Positions 46,804 to 57,451 are shown, counted from the stretch's first letter. The stretch is DNA of 64,000 bases from an uncultured Candidatus Saccharibacteria bacterium (GCA_964633425.1 CAZWFX010000001.1:74687-138686), one strand, 5' to 3'. The notes: generated from the sequence alone by a model not told the origin. Numbers and translations: made by a program.

Positions 46804-46924
46804 CGATCTGCTAGACGTCGATACCATCATTGGATCTACCCCAGCCTACTTTGCTACCGGTGGCGTTCATCTAACAACAGTTGGAATGGACGCGATCTAC
46901 GCTTCATTCCCAACCCTAACTTAA
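46541..46924 (+). pseudogene. C-terminal fragment of an SGNH/GDSL hydrolase
   Basis: LGTND (block III) and GGVH (block V) present; GDS block I absent. Confidence 0.6.
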
Positions 46925-46933
46925 AAGGAACCA

Positions 46934-47440
46934 ATGTCCAACTACATCACAATCGATCCACTATCCGTCTGGCGGTGGATCTGCTTCCAGCGTCTTTGAA
47001 GAGGCGTCGAGTTCAGATTTCAACACCTATGCCTTCAACTGGTTCTCCAACAGCCAGGACAGCTCTGGCCCAGTAGACGGTGGAATCGGCGGAACCGGCT
47101 TCGGAGCCAACAGTGTTACTTGCCGCAACGTGTCAAATCGCTACGAGTTTTCGCTGGCGCCCAAGCACAAAATCGTCCAAATTGTCACGGCATCTAGGGC
47201 TGTGTCTCTGATCGACGACGTAATCCTTGTTGACACGACCGGTGGAGCAGTCACGCTTACGCTGCCAGACGCGACATACGGGGCTCGCGAGCTGACTATT
47301 AGGCGCAAGGCGGGTACGGCCAGTATCACGGTCACCCCGTACGGCACCCAAAAATCAACGGGGCCTCAAGTCTGACCATCAGTGATGACTTGGCTACTCC
47401 GATTCAATCGGACTGGTCTAACTGGTGGACACTCAGGTAG
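46934..47440 (+). pseudogene. disrupted tail-fibre-associated gene
   Basis: ATG frame closes after 21 codons; a second frame has DTTGGAVTLTLPDA; one extra A in the run at 47350-47354 would restore GTQKINGASSLTI...W to the TAG at 47440. Confidence 0.5.
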
Positions 47441-47470
47441 CCACCCCAACGCTCCCTCGTTCCCCCCAGT

Positions 47471-47477
47471 AATCTTT
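47471..47477 (+). promoter_or_regulatory. AATCTTT late-promoter motif
   Basis: 5 nt before GTG 47483. Confidence 0.6.
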
Positions 47478-47482
47478 AGGAG

Positions 47483-50400
47483 GTGCCTACCCTTGGTCAC
47501 CTCTTAGGATTCTTGCTTTCTGGAGACGCTTTTTCGGTGGATTTCGCCGAACATGACTCCGGCAAGATCTACCTCACGTTCTCCCAAACACCCAAAACCA
47601 CCGACGCGGCCGCCGCAAACGACGGCCTTAACCCATCTAACTATACACTTTCCGGAGGCTTCACCAACGATATTGTCTTGGTTGAAACTACCGCAGATCC
47701 GACCATTTTAGCTCTAACGCCGCGATATCCTTTAACAAATGGATATTGGCAGATCCAAGTTGCCGCTGCTGTTGTGGATTCAACTCTGGCCAACACGATG
47801 GGGCTTCCCAACAGTTGGACCTTTTTGGTTGGTGGCATGTTTGAGGCGGAGGTGGTGTCGCAGGGTGCTACGAGTCCGATGGCCCTGGACGTTTTGAATG
47901 AATTTTTGAATCCGGCCTATGTAGGCAAGACCAACTGGGACAACATCATGGAGTCTGTGGCTGTGGCCGAGCAGGTGGCTTATGACAACGCCAGGCTGGC
48001 ATTCGATCAGACCCACATTTCTTCTGCTGTAGGGAAATATCTTACACAGAGGGCCGGAGACGTTGGCCTGGCTCGCCAGCAAGGAGTCTGGCTAACAGAC
48101 GACAAATTCAGGCAATATGTCATTAGATCGACCAATAGGAAGCTAACGGAAGAGTCTCTCCTGTCTCTCTTGGAGGTGTTTTACGGGATTGATTCCGTTC
48201 GTGCCACCTGCACTTCAGTCTTGCCAGAGCCCTATGCTATCACAGAAGGCGATGAGCTGGATGTTTTGATTGACGAGAGGGACTCCTTCAAGGTGGTCTT
48301 CTCTGACACCGACTTCGGGATGCCAGGCCAAGGGACTGCGATTGAGGTGGCTGCGGCCATCACCAGATGGGCGGCTCTGAATGGCTGCACGGCCATTGCT
48401 CTACCGTACCAGGATCCAGAAAGTGGCGAGACGTATGTCAAGATCTATTCCTATGGTATTGGGCTGGGTTCTACCGTACGGGTTACCGGAGGGACCGCTC
48501 AAGAGCACCTACACTTCCCTACATTTCTTGACATTTACACGGCAGATCCACTCCCGTCATGGGACGTCACCTATGACTCCGTAACACAGAGGGTGCGGTT
48601 TACAGTACAGGGCGTCGGAGTGGCCTTAAACCCCAACCTGCAAAGTGTCTTGGTTGGCGATTACGTTAACATTACTGGCACGGAATTTGCAACAGACAAT
48701 CTCGGCAGCTACAAGATCTTGGATCTTTCGGTCGAGTACACGTTCGAAGCCACACCTCAATTGATTATGTGGTTTGAGGTGGAAAATCCAAACGGATTTA
48801 CACAAACAGTAACACAACTAGAAACCAATTCAATCTCGTTTTATCGTCCTACCAAGGTCAACTCTTACGTAAGCCCGGCGACTTCCGTTATCGTGGCCGA
48901 CTTTGAAGATGGAGTTACGGTAAAACTACCCGCGACCTCTTCGGCCGTCGCCCGTGAGCCGTACTATGCCGCGTATCTGCATTCTCCAACAGAAGTGGAA
49001 ATTTCCAGCTATGTTGTAAAAGACGGCACGGCCACCATAACGACATCTACGGCGCATGGTCTGTCTGCTGGACAAAGGATTATGCTGGAGGGGCTCACCC
49101 CAACCAACGTAGAGCCGACCACCACGCCAGCCGTCTCTGGGGTGTCCGCGACGTCGCAGGTGACTGTCTGGTCTTCCACCGACACCGGCGTCATCCATTC
49201 CTATGGATCTATGGCCAAGATCAACGACACTCGCGTGGTAAGTATGCAGGGGTTCGATCACGGAGGGACCCTTTCTTCCATCACATTAACCAACGATGGC
49301 AATACCACAGACATCGTAACGACCGAGGCTGGTGGCCTCAGAACTTCCAATTTTAGTTCCATCGGGACCACCGGAGGAGCAGCGGTGTCTCACTCCAATG
49401 CAGTGCCGTATTCGGTCAACTGGGCGGCCATTCTTGGAGAACCAGGAGCCTTTGTTACTGGCGGAATTCAAGAAAGTACCGGTATCTATTCTGGTAGCAC
49501 CCAGTCTCTGTTTGTGCTGACCGACACCGGAACTGTTACGGTAAACTCAAGCGCCATGACGCAGGCTCACGCAGGTCATGTCATGGGAGCGGTCGGAGAT
49601 GACCTTTACGTCTTCGGAGGAATGGGAGCCAATTGGCAATTTACGATACCCAACTGTATCTCTTTCAACAAGGTAACTGGGACATGGACCACCAGGGACT
49701 CGATGAACAGTCCCGGTCTAAGCCCAAACACATATGCGGCTGGTAGATTCGAAGGAGCGGTTTCGGCCCTCTCCAATGGCGAAGACTTTATGGTCACCGG
49801 AGGAAGGTCGTTGGCCATGGGACCCTACTACGACGGTCCTACAGTGGCTCTGTGGAGGCTAGACGACAGTGCTGCGGCTCCTGGTTATTTTGGACCCTAC
49901 GGCTCTGGCATGACAGGGACCGACACCAACCTGGTAACAGCCGCCCCAACTTCTTACAATGCCAATTCCAAAAATGGCGTGGCGTTCCCACTGGCGACGT
50001 CCAAGCTACAAGGAACCCCCAACGCTGGGCTAATCAACACCCTGGTGTCTAGATCTTTTACGGTCGAAGGATGGTGGAGATACGAAGGCTCTAACCCACA
50101 AAACGCATTTTTTGCAGTTTCGGCTACCGGAGGAGGTACCCCAAATAACCTGCTCTTTGGCTTTGGGCCCAGCTACTCAGCCACCACTAAGTGGGGGATC
50201 TGGTGGGAAAATCAATCAGAGGCCAGAGTCCTTAGAGAGTCTTCTGCCACAATTGCCTCTACCGTTTTAAGGGAGTGGAATTATTGGGCCGTAACCGTTG
50301 CCCCAGATACCGCTGCAGACGAAGTAATCGTTAGTTTGTACATCAATGGCTTGCTGTTGCAGTCCTGGCCTGGAGTCAAGACGGCTTTCGGCGGATCCAA

Positions 50401-51793
50401 CACCACCCTTTACGTTGGCCAAGATCCCAATGCAGGCTACGGAGCCACCGCGTGTGGCGCGGGTATTAGTCAGATTCGCGTCTCTAATATTTGTCGTTCC
50501 GCCACTCAAATCTGGCAAGCCTATACCGAATCAACAGGAGAGGTCTTTTGGCACGTTCCGTCAGATCTATCTCCATCCACGACCACCCCAGACAGAATTG
50601 GCGTGGTTTATAATTCCACCGACGTCTATGATTCCAGCGGGGATTCTTGGACCAAGGGCCCGCCCATGACCTACGCCAGGTTTGGCCATTCTCAGGTCAC
50701 CCTTCCTACTGGAGAAATCTTGGTGGTCGGAGGTATGGGCTACGATCCAACCAAGTTCGGCCTGGGCACCGTTCCTGAGATCCTGAGAGAATGTGAAATT
50801 TGGTCCCCAACTGCCAATCGCTGGAGACCAGCAGGAAGACTTCCTTCCGGAGCCGGTGGATTTGTGGCGGCAGTCCTCAATGGCAATGACGTTTATGTTG
50901 TTGGATCTATTGATGGATTTGCCTACAAGTACGATTCAGTGAAGAGAACTTGGTCTAGGGTGGCCACACAGTATTCACCTGGGACCACCCACCGGCAGGC
51001 GGAATGTCTAAACGACGTGATTGTTGTGACGGGGGGATCTGGGGTCGATGGTCTCGCCGCCGCGAACGACAGGGATCTTCTGGTCTTAAACAGCCCATAC
51101 TTTTACAAGGGATGCATGGATGGGGTCTACGAGGCACTCACGGCGTTTGGATCTACCATTACCGTCTATGACCCCAAGTTTCCAGCGTATGCGGTTGGGA
51201 CTGGTGGGATCGTAACGGCCATGAAGGCGGTGGCGGACACGGATCTAAACATCCCAGGGCCATTTTTAATGTCTCCCACAGAAGGGGTCTTTACCACAAA
51301 GTACAGGACCACATTAAACGAGGATGTATTGGCCAATCAGACTTACACTCAGCTAACCCTAACCGACGTGGCTGACTGGCCAGAAGACGGGTACGTGGTT
51401 ATCAATTTTGGCCAATCAAATCAGATTGGTCCCATCAGGTACTACGCCAAGACCGACGACTACACCATCCTGATAGATGGATCTGTGGTCTTTGACGATG
51501 ACTATGCCATAGGCTCTTACGTGGACGTGTTGGTTAACAATTCCCCCTACGTCCCAGAATCTCCGACCTCACTTGGAGTGTTTTACCTTACGGACTCACC
51601 GTCTGGTAGGGCCGCAGCTCAGAGGGCGGTCGAGGACGCCGTGGCGGCTGGAGTTACCGCCAATATTTCCATCGCCTATCCGGGAGATCGGGGTCTTGGC
51701 GCAGAAGGATACGCCCAGTCTGGATCTGGCAAGCTCTCTGATGTCGTAGAGGTCTTTGCCCATGAATCTGATGGCTTGCAGGAGGACACGTAA
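47483..51793 (+). CDS. Baseplate-associated protein with Kelch repeats and LamG domain
   Basis: A.GKYL...G...R...D..FR baseplate motif; Kelch repeats (PMTYARFGHS...ILVVGG); LamG (FTVEGW, WNYWAVT, LYING). Confidence 0.75.
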   Translation: MPTLGHLLGFLLSGDAFSVDFAEHDSGKIYLTFSQTPKTTDAAAANDGLNPSNYTLSGGFTNDIVLVETTADPTILALTPRYPLTNGYWQIQVAAAVVDSTLANTMGLPNSWTFLVGGMFEAEVVSQGATSPMALDVLNEFLNPAYVGKTNWDNIMESVAVAEQVAYDNARLAFDQTHISSAVGKYLTQRAGDVGLARQQGVWLTDDKFRQYVIRSTNRKLTEESLLSLLEVFYGIDSVRATCTSVLPEPYAITEGDELDVLIDERDSFKVVFSDTDFGMPGQGTAIEVAAAITRWAALNGCTAIALPYQDPESGETYVKIYSYGIGLGSTVRVTGGTAQEHLHFPTFLDIYTADPLPSWDVTYDSVTQRVRFTVQGVGVALNPNLQSVLVGDYVNITGTEFATDNLGSYKILDLSVEYTFEATPQLIMWFEVENPNGFTQTVTQLETNSISFYRPTKVNSYVSPATSVIVADFEDGVTVKLPATSSAVAREPYYAAYLHSPTEVEISSYVVKDGTATITTSTAHGLSAGQRIMLEGLTPTNVEPTTTPAVSGVSATSQVTVWSSTDTGVIHSYGSMAKINDTRVVSMQGFDHGGTLSSITLTNDGNTTDIVTTEAGGLRTSNFSSIGTTGGAAVSHSNAVPYSVNWAAILGEPGAFVTGGIQESTGIYSGSTQSLFVLTDTGTVTVNSSAMTQAHAGHVMGAVGDDLYVFGGMGANWQFTIPNCISFNKVTGTWTTRDSMNSPGLSPNTYAAGRFEGAVSALSNGEDFMVTGGRSLAMGPYYDGPTVALWRLDDSAAAPGYFGPYGSGMTGTDTNLVTAAPTSYNANSKNGVAFPLATSKLQGTPNAGLINTLVSRSFTVEGWWRYEGSNPQNAFFAVSATGGGTPNNLLFGFGPSYSATTKWGIWWENQSEARVLRESSATIASTVLREWNYWAVTVAPDTAADEVIVSLYINGLLLQSWPGVKTAFGGSNTTLYVGQDPNAGYGATACGAGISQIRVSNICRSATQIWQAYTESTGEVFWHVPSDLSPSTTTPDRIGVVYNSTDVYDSSGDSWTKGPPMTYARFGHSQVTLPTGEILVVGGMGYDPTKFGLGTVPEILRECEIWSPTANRWRPAGRLPSGAGGFVAAVLNGNDVYVVGSIDGFAYKYDSVKRTWSRVATQYSPGTTHRQAECLNDVIVVTGGSGVDGLAAANDRDLLVLNSPYFYKGCMDGVYEALTAFGSTITVYDPKFPAYAVGTGGIVTAMKAVADTDLNIPGPFLMSPTEGVFTTKYRTTLNEDVLANQTYTQLTLTDVADWPEDGYVVINFGQSNQIGPIRYYAKTDDYTILIDGSVVFDDDYAIGSYVDVLVNNSPYVPESPTSLGVFYLTDSPSGRAAAQRAVEDAVAAGVTANISIAYPGDRGLGAEGYAQSGSGKLSDVVEVFAHESDGLQEDT

Positions 51794-52231
51794 ATGCAAT
51801 CACTTAACCTAATGCACGGAGCCGGGGTCCTTTGTTACTTTAACGGGGTCCTGCTTGGGCGTGTCACAGAATTCAGCTATGAGTATTCGGTTGGAGGAAA
51901 GGCGATTAGGGGCCTGGATTTCGCCATGCCCTTTGAGCTGCCTGACGGTAGCATTTCTGTGACCGGTACTATCAAATTATTGAGGCTGTCTGGCGACGGC
52001 GGGGCCCAGGGCATCGGGGCCTTACCCCAAGTCCACGAATTTGGCAACCTAAAGTACAGCACGTTAATGATACTTGACAGGAACACTGGAAGGCCTGTGT
52101 TTAAGAGTGATTATTGTAAGGTAACCTCTGAAAGCTGGGGGGTTCCGGCCAAAGACTTGGTTCGTGGCTCTATTTCCTTTACTGCCATTGGCTTTAGCAA
52201 TGAGGTAGCCACGAGCAATTTGGTGTATTAG
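51794..52231 (+). CDS. Tail tube-like protein
   Basis: YFNG..LGRV.EFSY......IRGLD...P.EL..G...VTG pattern typical of contractile tail-tube folds. Confidence 0.55.
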   Translation: MQSLNLMHGAGVLCYFNGVLLGRVTEFSYEYSVGGKAIRGLDFAMPFELPDGSISVTGTIKLLRLSGDGGAQGIGALPQVHEFGNLKYSTLMILDRNTGRPVFKSDYCKVTSESWGVPAKDLVRGSISFTAIGFSNEVATSNLVY

Positions 52232-52279
52232 CGATTGTGGCGTTTTGCCACATGTGGTCCGTAGCCTCAACAACACAGT

Positions 52280-52286
52280 AATCTTT
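52280..52286 (+). promoter_or_regulatory. AATCTTT late-promoter motif
   Basis: 10 nt before ATG 52297. Confidence 0.6.
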
Positions 52287-52296
52287 GTAGAGACAA

Positions 52297-55200
52297 ATGA
52301 GCGTAACTAGGTCTAAAAATTGGGTGGCAGGTCAGCGAGTTGATGTCCCCCATCTTCGTGAAGTGGATAGTTCAGTAGCCGGTGACTTCGATGTCCTGGC
52401 CGGACACATCCTGGCAGGAAACGTATCCTTAATCGTCAATGGTTTTAGGATCTTAACCACCGGTCTGGTTGGTCAGCCAGCCACGACCATCCAGGTGGTA
52501 ACTGCAGGGTCTGGTCTTATTCATCCACTGGCGACGTCTAGCGGATCCATCCACAAAGTCCCGGAAGATCGAGACACCGAGGTTTTGTCTACGACGAACG
52601 CGAGGGTAACCGGGTCTTTTACGACATCGGCGGTAAATTACATTGGGATTGATCTGGTCAGGGTAGCCGACGACGACACCTCAGACACGGTTCAGTTTAT
52701 TGATGAGGCGACCAGGCAAGAGGTACCCAAAAGGGTCCCTTTGGCCAAGACCATGGATTACAAGATTCATGTTTCCACCCAGGACTTTACTTCGACGCCT
52801 GGGCTGGCACCTCTGGCCATTGTAACCACCGATGCTTCAAACAACGTAGTCACAGTTCAAGACGCCAGGGATTTGTTCTTTAGGTTGGGTGATGGCGGGA
52901 CCTTACCCGATGGGCTGGCGACCTATGTTTGGCCAGACAGGACGGAGGCTGCGGACAATTTTGAGTCTGGTGACAAATCTCTGGCCAGTTTCAAGGAATG
53001 GGTGGACGCTGTCCTAACCCGGATTTGGGAACTTGGCGGCGGTGAATACTGGTACTCGCCTACAGCAGATCGTAACGTCAGGATGATCCGGACCGGGTCG
53101 GCCATTGTCAGTTCCGGGGACTGGTTTGCCTGGGACGGCACTAACGTTTCATGGCAAGGCCTCAAGGTCATCTTTGACAACTCTACCGGGTATTACAACG
53201 AGATTAAGGATCAGATTGCAACCTCTGCTGGTCTAACAGATCTGGCTGACGGCGAGTGTATCTACGTTGACCTTGATCGTACGCAGAACCTCAGTGGAGG
53301 ATCTGCTCTGCAGCCAGTCAAGGCTGTGATGTCAACACTTGGAACTCCAAGTGTTCCTGGATCTAGATTCGTCTTCCTTTGGAGGATCGGTTCGGAAGTA
53401 TTTAGCCGAGATGGTCAGTGGAAGGTCAACGCAGCCCTGCCGCCAGCCACCACATCGGCCATCGGCGCGGTTAAACTAAATCAGACACCAGGATCGTCTT
53501 CGGCACCGGTAGTTCCGGCCATTGACACCAACGGCCTCATCTCGGTCACCGCGACGGTAGTTGGATCTACGTCCTACTATGCGGTAAACGGAGTCGGTGC
53601 TAACTCTGGGGCCAACACCAGCTCTTCTGGCGTTAAGGGCACCGGAGGCACTTCGTCTTCGGGCGGATCTTTCCACGGAGGAAACGGGATCGAGGGTGTC
53701 GGAGGCGCATCTGACTTTGGAAATGCCGGAATTGGAGTTAAGGGTACGGGCGGAGCTGCGACCAATGCAGCCGGTGCTGCAGCCAGGGGAGGTTCTTTCA
53801 CAGGAGGCAATGGAACTGGCGCAGGAGCCGCTGGCGTAGGTGTTTATGCTACAGGAGGAACCACCGGAGCAGCTGGGGCACAGGGAGCTGGAGTCCAAGC
53901 CGTTGGAGCAAATAACGCAGGAGGTGCCGGAGACGCAGGAACTGGTGTTATTGCTACAGGAGGGACCAATACCACAGGGTCCGCTGGTTCTGGAGTAGAA
54001 GCTACCGGCGGATCTGTGTCTAATGCCGCAGGAACGGCAGGTGTCGGTGGAATTTTTGTTGGAGGAGACTCTACAGGAGCAGGAACCGGAGCGGCAGGCG
54101 TAACTACTGTTGGAGGAACCTCTGGTGCTGCAGGAGGTAGCGGAAACGGACTAGAAGCCACCGGAGGATCTAATACTTCTGGTGCAGCCGGTAATGGACT
54201 GGCCGGAACAGGCGGTGCCACAACTTCAGGAGATGCCGGGGCTGGACTTGTTGCTCAAGGCGGAGCTGCCACAACAGGAACGCCAGGAACAGGAGCCGCT
54301 GTTACTGGCGGCAATGCCTCTTCAGGAAACACCGACGGAGGGACGGGAGCAACTATAACCTCCGGGAACGGGAACGGCACCGGACATGCCGGCTCTGGTC
54401 TTGTCGTGTACTCCGGAAGTGGGAAGACAAGTCCTGGTGTGGCCATTGTTAAGTCTACCCACGACTCAACTACAGATTACGCAAATTCCCAAGGAGAACA
54501 GCTTTCTCTTCAGAAAAGCGTGTCGGCTGGAGGCAAGGATCAGGTAGACGCCTCCCTTGTCGTCTATGATTACGGTTCGAACAAGCTTTTCCACATTCCA
54601 CAATTTGGGGCTCCGTCTTCTAGATACGCGAGCTTTAAGGAGTCTTGGACGCAGGGCTCGACGTCTGAGGTCGAGGCTATGTCTTGGACCAAATCCGTAG
54701 ACACAGGTGGCGGAGTGGGTACCTATTCTCTTAATGGTCCCAGCTACGCCTCTTCCTATAGAGGCAACTACGTTACGCTGTCCTCTCAAGGGTCTTCGTC
54801 TACGGCACATGCCAGGCTTGAAACCACCAGGGCAATGTTCCCGTTACCCACGATTACTGGCCAGACCGGTTACGTAAGTTACTTGAGTGCTGAGATGATT
54901 GTTGGCGTGGCAAACACCGAAGCCAATTCGGACCTGAATCTGTGGGTTGGATTTTCAACAGATCCTTCCGATCCTACAGGATCCGGCAACGGTACGATTG
55001 CCTTTAGATACCTTGAAGGAACCGATACCGGCACCAACTGGTACGCCTACACCAAGGCAGCAGGCGGTACCGGAGGATCTTACGAGACCGCCACCACAAC
55101 AGGCAAGTCTATTACCAATACGGCGATTCCGTCAAAGACCTTGAAGATCGAACTTTATGGAGCAAACACGGAGAGATCTGGTGGTAGTGGTACGGCGGTG

Positions 55201-55374
55201 TTCTGGGTTGATGGGGACGTCGTATTGGTGACTACCTCTACGATGCCGACCAACGCACCCGTAAAGTTCTTTGTATCAAGTGCGTCCGATCCAATTCCGC
55301 TTCCGCTATTTTCAACAGACCTACATGTAGGTGAAATTAGTATACATTGGGTGGTTCAGGGCCCAACCCGCTAA
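52297..55374 (+). CDS. Tail fibre or baseplate fibre with Gly-rich shaft
   Basis: About 300 aa of GxGVxxxGG repeats between globular N- and C-terminal domains. Confidence 0.75.
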   Translation: MSVTRSKNWVAGQRVDVPHLREVDSSVAGDFDVLAGHILAGNVSLIVNGFRILTTGLVGQPATTIQVVTAGSGLIHPLATSSGSIHKVPEDRDTEVLSTTNARVTGSFTTSAVNYIGIDLVRVADDDTSDTVQFIDEATRQEVPKRVPLAKTMDYKIHVSTQDFTSTPGLAPLAIVTTDASNNVVTVQDARDLFFRLGDGGTLPDGLATYVWPDRTEAADNFESGDKSLASFKEWVDAVLTRIWELGGGEYWYSPTADRNVRMIRTGSAIVSSGDWFAWDGTNVSWQGLKVIFDNSTGYYNEIKDQIATSAGLTDLADGECIYVDLDRTQNLSGGSALQPVKAVMSTLGTPSVPGSRFVFLWRIGSEVFSRDGQWKVNAALPPATTSAIGAVKLNQTPGSSSAPVVPAIDTNGLISVTATVVGSTSYYAVNGVGANSGANTSSSGVKGTGGTSSSGGSFHGGNGIEGVGGASDFGNAGIGVKGTGGAATNAAGAAARGGSFTGGNGTGAGAAGVGVYATGGTTGAAGAQGAGVQAVGANNAGGAGDAGTGVIATGGTNTTGSAGSGVEATGGSVSNAAGTAGVGGIFVGGDSTGAGTGAAGVTTVGGTSGAAGGSGNGLEATGGSNTSGAAGNGLAGTGGATTSGDAGAGLVAQGGAATTGTPGTGAAVTGGNASSGNTDGGTGATITSGNGNGTGHAGSGLVVYSGSGKTSPGVAIVKSTHDSTTDYANSQGEQLSLQKSVSAGGKDQVDASLVVYDYGSNKLFHIPQFGAPSSRYASFKESWTQGSTSEVEAMSWTKSVDTGGGVGTYSLNGPSYASSYRGNYVTLSSQGSSSTAHARLETTRAMFPLPTITGQTGYVSYLSAEMIVGVANTEANSDLNLWVGFSTDPSDPTGSGNGTIAFRYLEGTDTGTNWYAYTKAAGGTGGSYETATTTGKSITNTAIPSKTLKIELYGANTERSGGSGTAVFWVDGDVVLVTTSTMPTNAPVKFFVSSASDPIPLPLFSTDLHVGEISIHWVVQGPTR

Positions 55375-55844
55375 TCGCAAGTGTACTCCACTAGGAGTTG
55401 ATAGTCTTCCGGGGTTAGTTCCGAAACCCCACAAACCGTCCCATTCATCAAATGACATCCTGGGTGCAGGGTCTCATCCATGTGGGCCTGGATTCCGATG
55501 ATGTGGCCCATTTCGTGAGCTACCACGTCTGGACCGGCTCCGTTAGCCACCCAAAAAATTGCGTCGACTGCAATTGAATAGCCCCACAGGGTAAGGCTGG
55601 CCTTTGCGTCCATTTGTTCTGCTCTAATAAACATCTGTCCTGGAATTGGATGTCCCACCTTGAATCGGTAACCGGCTGGTACCCAAAAGTCCAGGCCTTT
55701 TTGGACTACCTCGTCTGAGAGTCCGGAGTTGTTTTGGACTATGTATTCTTGGCCTGTGTTGTAGTAATTCTGGCACTCAATTTTGCCACAACCACCAAGG
55801 AGAAACGCCAACGACAACATCAATGCGGACATGTTTTTGCTCAT
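55371..55844 (-). CDS. lipoprotein with metzincin-like HExGHxxG motif
   Basis: Lipobox LGGC; AHEMGHIIGI..H...LM; minus-strand promoter TTGACA-18-TAGAGT (55880-55851). Confidence 0.72.
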   Translation of the reverse strand: MSKNMSALMLSLAFLLGGCGKIECQNYYNTGQEYIVQNNSGLSDEVVQKGLDFWVPAGYRFKVGHPIPGQMFIRAEQMDAKASLTLWGYSIAVDAIFWVANGAGPDVVAHEMGHIIGIQAHMDETLHPGCHLMNGTVCGVSELTPEDYQLLVEYTCD

Positions 55845-55883
55845 GTCCTCACTCTAAGCAAGAGCGGGCCGGGTTGTCAAGCC

Positions 55884-56501
55884 CTATTTTAGCTCTTTGG
55901 GTTTCTTTGCCAGGACTGGCATTTTGGGGCCCTTCTTTACGAAGGGCTTGATCTCCACAGACTTGGGCTCCGGAGTTTGCTCGACCGGCTCGGAAACAAC
56001 CGCAGCACGGACCTCTACGGCCTTGGCCTCGGACGAGACAGGGGACACTTCGATTTCAGGGTCCTTTACCTTGAACTCAAAGGCCACCCCTGGCTTCTTT
56101 GAAGCGGCCAAATCCTCCGCTGCCTTAATGGCCTCGGCTGAAATTTCTCGGGGAACAACACCCTTGGCGTTTCGGGTATTCTCCTCTTCCTCTAACCTAA
56201 GACGTTCGGCCTCTTCCTCCGCAAGACGAGCAACCTCTCGGGCTGTTCTTGCCGCAGCCTCTTCCCGAGCGATCCTTGCCGCTGTAGCGGCGGCCTTTTC
56301 GGCCTTGGCTTTTTCCCATTCCTCGGCCTTGGCTTCGTAGTTTTCTAGTTTAAAGATTTTACCAGGGATGGGATCTCCACTAACCAAAACGGCCAGTCCA
56401 GCTTCTTCCAGCTCAACGGCCTGTTCGCTCGTGACTTCAACGCAGTGTTCTGGCCAGATCCCCAAAATCTTCTGGGAAGTTCTATTTTGTAAGACTTTCA
56501 T
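55884..56501 (-). CDS. hypothetical protein (Ala/Glu-rich coiled coil)
   Basis: 205 aa, TAATG coupled to the upstream gene. Confidence 0.7.
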   Translation of the reverse strand: MKVLQNRTSQKILGIWPEHCVEVTSEQAVELEEAGLAVLVSGDPIPGKIFKLENYEAKAEEWEKAKAEKAAATAARIAREEAAARTAREVARLAEEEAERLRLEEEENTRNAKGVVPREISAEAIKAAEDLAASKKPGVAFEFKVKDPEIEVSPVSSEAKAVEVRAAVVSEPVEQTPEPKSVEIKPFVKKGPKMPVLAKKPKELK

Positions 56502-57409
56502 TAGTAGGCTTCCTTGTTAAGGTATAAGAAGATCTGTGCTCCAGGTGTGGCTGCTACGGTGTTTAGGGCTCTTCCCAAGATATTTCCAGAAACCACCTTT
56601 TTCCCATACCCTCCAGTGGCCCCGGAAACTCCAACAGCATCTCCTGCACCTTGATTTGTGCTGGCTGTTCCTGCAAACCAGCAACGCTCCATAATAAAGC
56701 CGGTGTCTGAGGCAGTTACTAGAAACTCCGAAGCTCCTGATTGCTGTAAACCAAAGAACTGGCAGTCGTGGACATAGGCCTGTCCCATGTCGTGTAGGTA
56801 CAATAACGAATACTGGAGATCCGCCCCGATTAAGGAATTCCCATGGAACAGTAAGTGATCGATCTCGACTCTGGCGCGGCCATCGGTTCCGCCTATGTTT
56901 AGAAGAGCAAAGGCTCCGTTATTTGAGTCCAGGTAAATACGCGATTTACTGCCTTCTCCGGTGAGTCGAATCGTCTCGTCGTCCGTAGCACCAAAGGTTA
57001 GGGTGGTCAGTGCGGCTGTTACTCTAAATGTACCTCGTGGAAAGTAGACAGTGCCTCCAGCAGAGGCCGCCGTCAGAGCCGCACTAATCGCTGAGGTGTC
57101 ATCCGTAACCCCATCCCCTACAGCACCATAATCAGTTACGTTATAGACATCAAGCCCGGTCCCTCCACCGGCCGCAGCTGCCCACTCCAGACCAGTCGTC
57201 TGAGCGGAATTTGCTGTCAACACATAGCCGTTGGTTCCCGCAGCCAACTGTACCCAGTCCGTTCCAGTGTTGGCTAGGATCTGCCCCTTCGAGCCATTCA
57301 ACGGGAACCCATCCGGAGTCTCCCACTCCAAATTCTCCGAAATTGTGCCGTCCGTGTTCCTTTTGGTAATTTGAAGGTTGGAGTCGACGATGTTGATCTT
57401 TACGCTCAT
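56501..57409 (-). CDS. fibre-like protein with short pectate-lyase-3-like beta-helix
   Basis: NVTDYGAVGDGVTDDTSAI...GGTVYFPRGTF; N-terminal fibre motif shared with the 42594 protein; AATCTTT at 57423-57417. Confidence 0.7.
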   Translation of the reverse strand: MSVKINIVDSNLQITKRNTDGTISENLEWETPDGFPLNGSKGQILANTGTDWVQLAAGTNGYVLTANSAQTTGLEWAAAAGGGTGLDVYNVTDYGAVGDGVTDDTSAISAALTAASAGGTVYFPRGTFRVTAALTTLTFGATDDETIRLTGEGSKSRIYLDSNNGAFALLNIGGTDGRARVEIDHLLFHGNSLIGADLQYSLLYLHDMGQAYVHDCQFFGLQQSGASEFLVTASDTGFIMERCWFAGTASTNQGAGDAVGVSGATGGYGKKVVSGNILGRALNTVAATPGAQIFLYLNKEAY

Positions 57410-57451
57410 CTACCACAAAGATTGTCGTAACTACCACCAATCTTAAAGACC

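Noticed and set aside
53476-54810. Pro/Ala-rich antisense ORFs, and similar short shadow ORFs throughout
   Set aside because: They lie opposite or inside well-supported genes and reflect their low-complexity codons
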